Source: Candidatus Woesearchaeota archaeon
Lineage (GTDB): Archaea; Nanobdellota; Nanobdellia; Woesearchaeales; 0-14-0-80-44-23
Direction: 5' to 3'
Assembly: GCA_038874135.1 (NCBI GenBank)
Contig: JAVZCZ010000001.1
Span: 96,001-160,000, forward strand
Length of the DNA stretch: 64,000 nucleotides
The translations under genes were made by a program, and so were the position numbers. This document shows, in pieces, positions 18,105-29,761 of this stretch. The notes below the pieces were generated by a model. The model had not been told where the DNA came from. It saw nothing but the letters and a program-made list of their open reading frames with translations, and made no database searches. Each line of letters starts with the position of its first letter. Position 1 is the first letter of the stretch.

Positions 18105-19187
18105 ATGGATATATTCTGGACTGGAAGCGAATTGAGCTGGACGATTCTGCTTGTAGTTTCATTTATAATCTCAGCGTGGCTTGCACTGATTCTTTTTAAG
18201 AAGCTCATGCACAGGTTTGTCTTCAAAGCGCAATCCCCCTATGTTCGCAGGATGGGAATTTTCTTTTTGATAATGATATTTTTATTTGCAGGTAGAATAC
18301 TAATGTATAGACTAAGTCACCTATTCAGCATAAATCTAAATCCTAACTATATCAAAATACTCGACTCGCTTATCGTTGTCATGGCTTTCATTGGCATTTC
18401 CTGCCTGGTTGAAGGCCTGGCTGATCTTCTTGCGAAGAAAATAACTAATACTCTAACAGTTAAAAACTCTGTGATTGAGTCATCTATCAAAACTATAAAA
18501 GGGCTAATACGCCCAATCATAATATTCCTCTGCATAACAGTTGTGCTTAGGATATGGGGAATTGAGATAGGCCCACTGCTTACAGGCTTGGGAATTGCAG
18601 GAATCGCAGTTGGCCTCGCCCTTCAGACAACCTTGGGAGATGTTTTTGCAGGGATGGCAATTGCTTTTGATAGAGAATTTAAGCTTGAGGACACTATTGA
18701 GGTCGGCTCTACATTTGGAGTTGTGCACGAGATAAGCGCTAGGAGCGTTAAGATAAAGACATATGACAATCAGCTGGTTGTACTTACAAACTCGCAGCTC
18801 AATTCACAGCCGATTATAAATCATTCAGCCATAAGCCCGCGCAGGACGAAGATTCAGCTCAGGCTGGAATATGGTACTGACATTGATAAGGTTAAGAAGA
18901 TATGCTACGAAGTTATTGACCGGGTTGCTGCAGAGCTTAAAAAGGAGCACAAGAAGGACATAATCCTGTTTGAGCCGGAATCAAAAAGGCCTTTAGTTTA
19001 TCTCAATGATTTTGGAGAATACGGATTAAATTTTACAGTGTTTGTCTGGTTCCCAAACTTTAATGAGATGTATCTGCCTTCTGAGCGTTTGAGGATTGAG
19101 ATTTATAATGCTCTGAGAAGGGAAGGGATAAGGTTTGCCCGGCCGAACAGGCTTCTGGTGCAGCAGGATGGCAATACTGCACAGTGA
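18105..19187 (+). CDS. mscS: small-conductance mechanosensitive channel
   Basis: GLGIAGIAVGLALQTTLGDVFAG, GVVHEI..RSVKIKTYD, IIN.S. Confidence 0.9.
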   Translation: MDIFWTGSELSWTILLVVSFIISAWLALILFKKLMHRFVFKAQSPYVRRMGIFFLIMIFLFAGRILMYRLSHLFSINLNPNYIKILDSLIVVMAFIGISCLVEGLADLLAKKITNTLTVKNSVIESSIKTIKGLIRPIIIFLCITVVLRIWGIEIGPLLTGLGIAGIAVGLALQTTLGDVFAGMAIAFDREFKLEDTIEVGSTFGVVHEISARSVKIKTYDNQLVVLTNSQLNSQPIINHSAISPRRTKIQLRLEYGTDIDKVKKICYEVIDRVAAELKKEHKKDIILFEPESKRPLVYLNDFGEYGLNFTVFVWFPNFNEMYLPSERLRIEIYNALRREGIRFARPNRLLVQQDGNTAQ

Positions 19188-19235
19188 TGTTGTCCCGAGC
19201 CAAGGGTTTTTTTAACAGTTAGCTGGGAGAATGAT

Positions 19236-21482
19236 ATGAAGAAGGTTATAATACATATAGGGGGAATGGGCTCTGAGTACTGTGCTGGAAGGATTGAGCG
19301 CGCACTCCGCAAAGTAAAAGGCGTTTTTTCCGTAAGGGTAAATCTGCATTCCAGTTCAGCTGTTGTGGAATATGATGAGGAAGTAGTCAGTATTCAAAAG
19401 CTTTGCAGGACTATTGAATCTCTGGGTTATGAGGCAGTGGTGCCTTATTTGAATGAGGAAGATGCTCTTGATAAGCTCCCACATGAGGGAAGTAAGAGTA
19501 TCTTTAGAGGTGGTTTGAGGAGTGAATTCTTACTTGTTATGCTGCTGTCTATAGCTGCTGCTCTTTCTAAATTGGTGCTTTCAGCTCCGTTAGACTTCTG
19601 GTTTGTTCTCGCAATTTCAGCTCTCGTTCAAATTGCCGTTTTTAGAAGGATTTTATTAGGAGTTGTGCACGGTATTAAGCAACACCACCTTAACACTAAA
19701 ATTCTTGCGCTTCTCAGCTCTTCGCTTCTTTATGCAGTTGGCACTTACCTAAGAGATGGGTGGCTGCTCGTTTATTCCTCTGTTGTCATTTTAATTTTTG
19801 AGTTTGAGTGGCTACTTACAGCCCGTGTTATTAGGCGAATAAGCGAGACATTTAGAAAGATGCTTATGCTTCATCCCAGAAAGGCGGTTGTTCTTAGGGA
19901 AGGGAAAGAATTTGAAGTTCCAATTTCAGAGCTTCAAACTGGCGAAATAATTTTGGTAAAGCCTCACACGATGGTTCCTGCTGACGCTATAGTTATTGAG
20001 GGAAGCTCCACTGTAGACGAGTCAAATGTTACTGCTGAGGGAATTCCTGTTGAGAAGAAGGTTGGCTTTGAAGTCTTTGCCGGTACCAACAACCAGGAAG
20101 GCACTCTGAAGTGCAGGGTAACTGCTGTTGGGGAATCAACATTGCTAGGCCAGATAACTTCTTCTGTTCAGCATGTTCAGAACAGTCGCGGAATTCTCAT
20201 TGAATCTGCTGAGAGAGCAGGTGTAATCTTAAGTGCCTTTACATTTCTCATCTCGGCAATGCTTTTGCTCACGCCCATTATTCTTCCGAAGTTTATTCCT
20301 GGTAGTAATGTAGTAACTACAGATGCTTTTAGAGCCGTAGCTTCACTGCTGCTTGCTTCCTGCCCTTTCATTTCAGCGATTTCAGTATCTTTAGCAGTTT
20401 CCTGCTCCTTTAATAGAGCTGCAGGTGAAGGAATAATCTTTAAACACGAATCTGCTCTTGAAAAGCTTAGCAGAGCAAACTTTGTAGTGCTGGACAAGAC
20501 GGGCACTCTGACAAAGGGCAAGCCCGAAATAACTGATATCATCCCATTTGTTAAGAGCGACGGCAGATTTGGAAGCAGAAGCGATGAGAAACAGATAATA
20601 GAGTATGCGGCAATTGCAGAAAAGAGCTCTTCTCATGTAATTGCTAATTCAATACTCAGAATGGCTGAAGAGGAGAATATTAGTGTGAGTTCTCCCTATT
20701 TTTATGAGGAGATAGCTGGAGAGGGCATAGTCGCTAAGTATTCACTTAAAACTATTCTATTGGGCAATAGAAAGCTGATGGCGCGACACTCAGTTTCTTT
20801 GGGAGAGGAGCAGGAAGAATTAATAAACCGGCTTGAAGGCGATGGGAAGACAGTTTTGATTCTCGCAGTGGACAAGAAGCCGTTTGGCTTAATAGCCTTC
20901 GCGGATGCCATTCGTGAGAATGCCTTAGAAGTTGTTTCAGAACTTCAGAAGCTGAAGAAGAGAGTGGTAATGCTCACGGGGGACAATAGGAATACTGCAT
21001 TTGCTGTTGGAAAAAAGATTGGCATATATGACATAATTTCAGATGTGCTTCCAAAAGATAAGGCAGAGGAGATTGATAAGCTGAAAGCAGATGGAAGCGT
21101 TGTAGTAATGGTTGGTGACGGTATAAATGATGCTCCGGCGCTCTCAAGGGCTGATGTTGGAATAGCTTTTGGAAGTAAGGTGCGCCCTAATGTCCAAGCT
21201 GGCCAGGTAGTGATACTTAAAAGCGATCTGAAAAAGGTTTTATTCGTTATAAAATTTTCTGATGCAGTAGTAAAATCTTCTAATGCCAAGATAGCTCTTT
21301 CTATAGCATATCACATCTTATTAGCCTTAGGAATTCTTACTGCATATTTGACTTTTGGAGCCGTTTTGAATCCGCTGCTTGCAGCCCTGCTCTGTGCATT
21401 CTATTCTTTGATTATGATGCACTCCTCTTTAGCTTTTCTTTCATATAAATTTAAAAGTGTTGCAAGAGTGAGGAAGAAATGA
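19236..21482 (+). CDS. P1B-type heavy-metal ATPase (CopA-like, non-canonical motifs)
   Basis: HMA domain, DKTGTLT, TGDN, GDGINDAPAL present; CPC, TGE, HP and YN motifs altered. Confidence 0.88.
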   Translation: MKKVIIHIGGMGSEYCAGRIERALRKVKGVFSVRVNLHSSSAVVEYDEEVVSIQKLCRTIESLGYEAVVPYLNEEDALDKLPHEGSKSIFRGGLRSEFLLVMLLSIAAALSKLVLSAPLDFWFVLAISALVQIAVFRRILLGVVHGIKQHHLNTKILALLSSSLLYAVGTYLRDGWLLVYSSVVILIFEFEWLLTARVIRRISETFRKMLMLHPRKAVVLREGKEFEVPISELQTGEIILVKPHTMVPADAIVIEGSSTVDESNVTAEGIPVEKKVGFEVFAGTNNQEGTLKCRVTAVGESTLLGQITSSVQHVQNSRGILIESAERAGVILSAFTFLISAMLLLTPIILPKFIPGSNVVTTDAFRAVASLLLASCPFISAISVSLAVSCSFNRAAGEGIIFKHESALEKLSRANFVVLDKTGTLTKGKPEITDIIPFVKSDGRFGSRSDEKQIIEYAAIAEKSSSHVIANSILRMAEEENISVSSPYFYEEIAGEGIVAKYSLKTILLGNRKLMARHSVSLGEEQEELINRLEGDGKTVLILAVDKKPFGLIAFADAIRENALEVVSELQKLKKRVVMLTGDNRNTAFAVGKKIGIYDIISDVLPKDKAEEIDKLKADGSVVVMVGDGINDAPALSRADVGIAFGSKVRPNVQAGQVVILKSDLKKVLFVIKFSDAVVKSSNAKIALSIAYHILLALGILTAYLTFGAVLNPLLAALLCAFYSLIMMHSSLAFLSYKFKSVARVRKK

Positions 21483-22870
21483 AGCCGGAAATCTTCAAGC
21501 AGTACGACATAAGAGGAATCTATCCTTCTGAGATTAATGAGAATGATTCTGCAGTGATTGCTTACGAGACTGCTGAGGTGCTCTCAGCAAGGAACTGCTT
21601 TGTAAGCTTTGATTCAAGAAGGGGCTCAAAGAGCATTGCAAATGCGATAGCCACGACTTTGGCTTCGGCAGGGCTCAGAGTTTGCATTTCAGGACTTGCA
21701 AGTACTCCCGAATTCTATTTTTCAGTTGCTCAGCAGAAGTTTGACATGGGTATCATGGTTACAGCTTCTCACAATCCTAAACAGTATAACGGGCTTAAAA
21801 TTGTTAAGAAGGGAGCAGTGCCTGTAACCTTAGATGAGGAGATGGCTACAGTTAAAGAGAGGTGTCTGGACTATTATGAGCTTCGCCTTCCAACTGGTAA
21901 GGGCGAGATTGAAAATAAGAGTTTCAGAAAGGAGTTTGTTGAATATTCACTTAATTCTGGATATGTTGATGTTTCAAAACTTGCTAAAAGGCTTAAGATT
22001 GTAGTTGACTTATCTTCAGGAGCGATGGGCCCGGCTGCTCTGGAATTTTTTAGAAGGCTTCCTCTGGATGTGATATTTATGAATTCTGAGCCGAATCCGG
22101 ATTTTCCCAGTCACAGCCCGAATCCTATGGAGGAGGGGAGTTGCAATTTGCTCTCTAAGAGGGTTGTTTCTGAAGGTGCCGATCTGGGAATAATATTTGA
22201 TGGAGACGGTGACAGGGTTCTGTTTCTTGACGAATCTGGAAGGATAGTTCGCGGGGATATCATTACTGCGATTGTTGGGGAGGACATCTGCAGTTCTAAG
22301 CCGAGGCAGAAGATTCTTTATGACTTGCGTTCCAGCATTTTTGTGCCTGAAACTATAAGAGCAGCTGGCGGGATTCCCATAATGTGTAGGATTGGACATT
22401 CTTTAATAAAAAGGCAGATGAGGGAAGAAAGGGCGGCTTTTGCAGGTGAGCTTTCGGGACACTATTACTATCCGATGTTTAATTCATACTTTGAAAATTC
22501 CTTAATAACTTGTTTGCAGCTGATTAAGATAGTTTGTGAGAAGGGCAAACTTTCTATTCTTGCAGGTAGGAATAAGTATTTTCAGAGTGGCGAGTTGAAC
22601 TTTGAAGTTGCAGAGAAGGAGCGCATCCTTAAAGAGGTGGAAAGGGTTTTTGAGAAGGAAAAGAAGGGTGAGAGTCACCTGGATGGGCTTTTTATGGAGT
22701 TTGGCTCCTGGCGTTTCAGTTTGAGAGCTTCTAATACTGAGCCGCTGCTCAGGTTAAACATAGAAGCTGACTCGGAAGCGCTCTTAAATGAGAAGAAGGA
22801 AGTTTTGAACAGGATAATTTCTCAGTTTAGCCAGCGTCTGATAGGAGCGAGAAAAAATAGCAATTCTTGA
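21479..22870 (+). CDS. phosphomannomutase/phosphoglucomutase
   Basis: FKQYDIRG, TASHNP, DGDGDR, GELSGH, RASNTEP. Confidence 0.93.
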   Translation: MKPEIFKQYDIRGIYPSEINENDSAVIAYETAEVLSARNCFVSFDSRRGSKSIANAIATTLASAGLRVCISGLASTPEFYFSVAQQKFDMGIMVTASHNPKQYNGLKIVKKGAVPVTLDEEMATVKERCLDYYELRLPTGKGEIENKSFRKEFVEYSLNSGYVDVSKLAKRLKIVVDLSSGAMGPAALEFFRRLPLDVIFMNSEPNPDFPSHSPNPMEEGSCNLLSKRVVSEGADLGIIFDGDGDRVLFLDESGRIVRGDIITAIVGEDICSSKPRQKILYDLRSSIFVPETIRAAGGIPIMCRIGHSLIKRQMREERAAFAGELSGHYYYPMFNSYFENSLITCLQLIKIVCEKGKLSILAGRNKYFQSGELNFEVAEKERILKEVERVFEKEKKGESHLDGLFMEFGSWRFSLRASNTEPLLRLNIEADSEALLNEKKEVLNRIISQFSQRLIGARKNSNS

Positions 22871-22987
22871 CAACTTCTAAAAAGCTAAAATTCTGCATTT
22901 TTAGACGCTAAAAAGCCAAAATAAAAGCGAAAGTTTTTTAAATACTCTGATATGCTTTCTCATTGAAAAAGTGGTGATATAACTTAA

Positions 22988-25006
<2,019 letters not shown>

Positions 25007-25008
25007 TC

Positions 25009-25533
25009 TTATTTTACTATCAGGTATAATAGCTTGACAGGCCCGTAATTATTCCCGTCCGAGTCCTTGACCTGAAGCCTAAAAGAGTAGGTTCCCTGCT
25101 TTGCTCCCGGCTTGGGCAGAATTATAATTGGAATCTGAGTTGCTTCTCCGCTCTGAATCCTAAAAGCCTCACTATTTTTAGGAATGAAAATTATCTTAGT
25201 AGCGTCAGCTCCTGAAGGGGATGATTTGAGTTCTATGTTGACATAAAAATCACTGTCCGTATCTTTAGCATTTAAAATTCTGAGAGTGTATCCAACTGCT
25301 CTTCCAACTGTTGTCTCCTTCTGAACTGTATCAACGCAGACATAATCCTGAGATGGACAAGCCAATTCCTGCATCTTCTGAGAATATTCATCAGCGTAAT
25401 TCGCTAGGATGTCCTCATTAGTCTTTCGTATTCCTCTCAGGATGAACATGCCGCCGGCAAATACAGCTATTGCAAGGATTAAGCCAACAAGGTAGCTTAC
25501 TGAGAACTCTACTCCTTTCCTGGTGAGTGTCAT
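25009..25533 (-). CDS. class III signal-peptide (type IV pilin-like) protein
   Basis: RKG|VEFS followed by a hydrophobic helix; beta-rich C-terminus. Confidence 0.7.
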   Translation of the reverse strand: MTLTRKGVEFSVSYLVGLILAIAVFAGGMFILRGIRKTNEDILANYADEYSQKMQELACPSQDYVCVDTVQKETTVGRAVGYTLRILNAKDTDSDFYVNIELKSSPSGADATKIIFIPKNSEAFRIQSGEATQIPIIILPKPGAKQGTYSFRLQVKDSDGNNYGPVKLLYLIVK

Positions 25534-25544
25534 TTCAGCTTAAC

Positions 25545-26075
25545 TCAGTTAACCATTATTGATATGCGGGCTGAGGCATACTTACTACTATCACTACTAT
25601 CAACTGCGTTTATATCACAGTAGTATGCTGATCCCTTTGCTGCATTTTTTATTTTTATGTTTATGGTGTTTGCATCCGACTCTCCTACTTCAAGATTTTT
25701 AGGTGGGAATATTATAATATCAAACGCAGTTTTTGCTTCTACATCTGAAAGTGTATAACATGTCCAAGTTATTTTGAATTGGGTAGTACCGGTAGTATCC
25801 TCTTTATAATTAGTTATTGCATAGTAAACTTGAGTCTGTCTCTTATCTGTAGTGCTTAACTCAAGCTGTGTGGGGGTTACAATGAACTTTTTTCCAGAAG
25901 ATTTAAGTTCATCTAAAAGCTCAGTTTTCTGCTGGTCGCTAATTTGAGTTACTTGGCCTGTTGCTTTGTTTATAGTATTTCTTACAAAATTAAGTCCTAT
26001 TCCGAGTATTGCTATTGCGAATATCAGAATTATTATGGTGTTTACAGAAACCTCAATTGCGCCCCTCTTCTTCAT
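25545..26075 (-). CDS. class III signal-peptide (type IV pilin-like) protein
   Basis: MKKRG|AIEVSVNTIIILIFAIAILG; GAGGTG SD; Cys pair in the globular domain. Confidence 0.75.
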   Translation of the reverse strand: MKKRGAIEVSVNTIIILIFAIAILGIGLNFVRNTINKATGQVTQISDQQKTELLDELKSSGKKFIVTPTQLELSTTDKRQTQVYYAITNYKEDTTGTTQFKITWTCYTLSDVEAKTAFDIIIFPPKNLEVGESDANTINIKIKNAAKGSAYYCDINAVDSSDSSKYASARISIMVN

Positions 26076-26245
26076 AGTGACACCTCTCAAACCAATTCTA
26101 ATATACTTTTTGATATACTAAGATATACTTATATTTAAAACTTTTGATTATTCTCAAGGTCTGCTAAAAAATTTTATTATTAATAAGTGGTTAAAAATAA
26201 AAAAGTTTATAAAACCTTTAATCATAATTAAAATAGGGGTGGGCT

Positions 26246-26746
26246 ATGATAAAGATATTTCCAGATGTAAAAGTAGAGCTAAAAAAGCTAGTAACTAAGA
26301 GTCCGTACTTTTCAAAATTGTTATATTCTGAGGAGCGGGACCCAATTAGTTATATTGCACAACTTATGCTGCTCTCAGTTGAATCAAAAAGGATGCTTGT
26401 GGGCGCTACTATTGATGAGTATGTCTCGCGCGCATTGGAAGATGCTCAAAAAGAGGGAATAATCTTTCATTATAATGAGAAAGACTTCCTAGACTTCATG
26501 ATTAAAAATTTTGTCAAACTGAATCTAGTTTACGGGGTAATAGAAGAAGAGTCAAAGCCAAATAGCGTTGAGCGAATAATTGAGGATTACAGCGTATTGC
26601 AGAAGTTCCTCTCTACTGGTTCGGGATGCTATGTTGCTAAAAATGTTAACCGTACAATCTTTGTGCCTTCAGATTTGCTGACTCAAATTGCTTGGGGATT
26701 TAAGTATGATAAGAATTTTCTTAGGAATATGCACGACTCTTTATGA
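26246..26746 (+). CDS. hypothetical protein, tandem paralog 1
   Basis: IKIFPDVKVELK..; similar to the next ORF. Confidence 0.75.
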   Translation: MIKIFPDVKVELKKLVTKSPYFSKLLYSEERDPISYIAQLMLLSVESKRMLVGATIDEYVSRALEDAQKEGIIFHYNEKDFLDFMIKNFVKLNLVYGVIEEESKPNSVERIIEDYSVLQKFLSTGSGCYVAKNVNRTIFVPSDLLTQIAWGFKYDKNFLRNMHDSL

Positions 26747-26763
26747 TTTTATAAGTGATCAGC

Positions 26764-27249
26764 ATGGTAATAAAAACATTTCCGGATGTTAAAGTAGAAA
26801 TAAAGCAGTCCCCATTTTCAAATTCTTCTTATCTAAGAATCTTTTTTTCTTTTGAAAAAAGTCCTGCGGGATACATAATTTTAGACGCAGTTGAAAGTAT
26901 TGAAAGGGAGCACAAACTTTTAGGAAAAACCATTGATGAATATTTTAAAAGTGCTGTGGAGAAGAATGCTAAAAATCCTCACTTTTTCTCTTATTCAGAA
27001 CAAGATTTTATAGATGGAGTAATAAATGATCTTATGCCTAAGAGGCTATTTTGTGCAGTGCTATTGAAGGATCAGTATGCAAACGCGCCTGAGTTTATAT
27101 TCACTTCTGAAGCACCATTAATTTCGACTATTTCTGAGGATAAACAATCTCTTGAAAGATTGATATTTACTCCATCCTCTATTTTTACTCAGCAGGTTCT
27201 GGGATTCTCATACGAGCTGATAAACCTGAGAAGGATTGAACCGTACTAA
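26764..27249 (+). CDS. hypothetical protein, tandem paralog 2
   Basis: IKTFPDVKVEIK, G.TIDEY, Y.E.DF.D and IF.PS..TQ...GF.Y shared with the previous ORF. Confidence 0.75.
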   Translation: MVIKTFPDVKVEIKQSPFSNSSYLRIFFSFEKSPAGYIILDAVESIEREHKLLGKTIDEYFKSAVEKNAKNPHFFSYSEQDFIDGVINDLMPKRLFCAVLLKDQYANAPEFIFTSEAPLISTISEDKQSLERLIFTPSSIFTQQVLGFSYELINLRRIEPY

Positions 27250-27323
27250 TAAGTTGTTGTAACTAATAAGTAACGAAAAATTTATAAATCAGTTAGTTTT
27301 TCTTATATTATGGAGGTGATAAA

Positions 27324-27662
27324 ATGTCTGAAAGCCTAGAAGGCATAGTTAACCGCATAGGAATAAATAAGGTTCCTTCAAATAATATTGCTTCAATTAG
27401 CTACATAAATATGATAATCCATTTTTCCGGCTATGGGCTTAAAAAAGATACTGCCCAAGGCACTTATTATATTTACAACCTTACGACTAGTGCACTAGTA
27501 GGGACACTATATGAGCTAACCAACTCTTCTAAACGAGTTACTGGTTACGATATTGACATCTGGGAGCCTAATCATAAAGAATTAATTGAAGTTCTAAATG
27601 AGGTTTCAGGCGTAAGGAATATAGTAGAATATAACAAGCCACTTAACTTGTTTTTTAATTAA
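27324..27662 (+). CDS. hypothetical protein
   Basis: Strong GGAGGTGA SD, TATA-like TTTATAAA upstream. Confidence 0.7.
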   Translation: MSESLEGIVNRIGINKVPSNNIASISYINMIIHFSGYGLKKDTAQGTYYIYNLTTSALVGTLYELTNSSKRVTGYDIDIWEPNHKELIEVLNEVSGVRNIVEYNKPLNLFFN

Positions 27663-27780
27663 AAATATTTAAATCTTTTAGTTTTTAATTTGTATTCTTT
27701 TGGATAAAAGATAAATATAGGTTCATTCTATTGGTTCATTCTGAATTTTTTATTAACTTAAAAACGAACTAACCATAAAC

Positions 27781-27797
27781 CGAAAGCTTTAAATATA
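27781..27797 (+). promoter_or_regulatory. BRE-TATA promoter of the rRNA operon
   Basis: CGAAAG-C-TTTAAATATA about 215 nt before the 16S, upstream of leader hairpins. Confidence 0.7.
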
Positions 27798-28011
27798 ACC
27801 TACCTGCTCTTATTTTATTGTAACTGAAATTTTCTCAGTTAACATTTGTCTCCGACTGGAACCGAAAGGTTTCAGTAAGCAAAAGATGTGTGCTTGACAG
27901 GATTGTCAAGTGCGAAGGTGGATATGAGAGACCGAGAAGTGACTTGTGAGAGTGCAAGTCCTATTCTTTTAAGTTGAAGTTATAAGCGAACGTGCTCAAA
28001 AGACCGCATTA

Positions 28012-29479
<1,468 letters not shown>

Positions 29480-29524
29480 TTTTATTTTAATCTCTCATAT
29501 CCGCCTTTATATTCATAGGAGGAT

Positions 29525-29651
29525 GGGCCCGTAGCTCAGTCTGGTAGAGCACCACCCTTGCACGCTTTGTATGAGCAAAGAACGGCGGGGGCCTCGGGTT
29601 CAAAAAAGTCCATCATTAATCTGGTGGGCTGTGGAATTCCCGACGGGTCCA
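29525..29651 (+). tRNA. tRNA-Ala (UGC) with two introns: 29563-29582 (37/38) and 29605-29637 (59/60)
   Basis: GGGCCCG/CGGGTCC acceptor, anticodon TGC at 29559-29561; removing both inserts gives a standard cloverleaf with a UUCAAAU T-loop. Confidence 0.9.
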
Positions 29652-29761
29652 TTCCTTTCAAAATATTCACGCTCACAAGTTGAGTGCAGCTGAGCATTAC
29701 AGGGTAATGCTGAGCGAAGGGTTGATGTTAATGAGACCATGCATAGGAAGCAGAATAGGAT

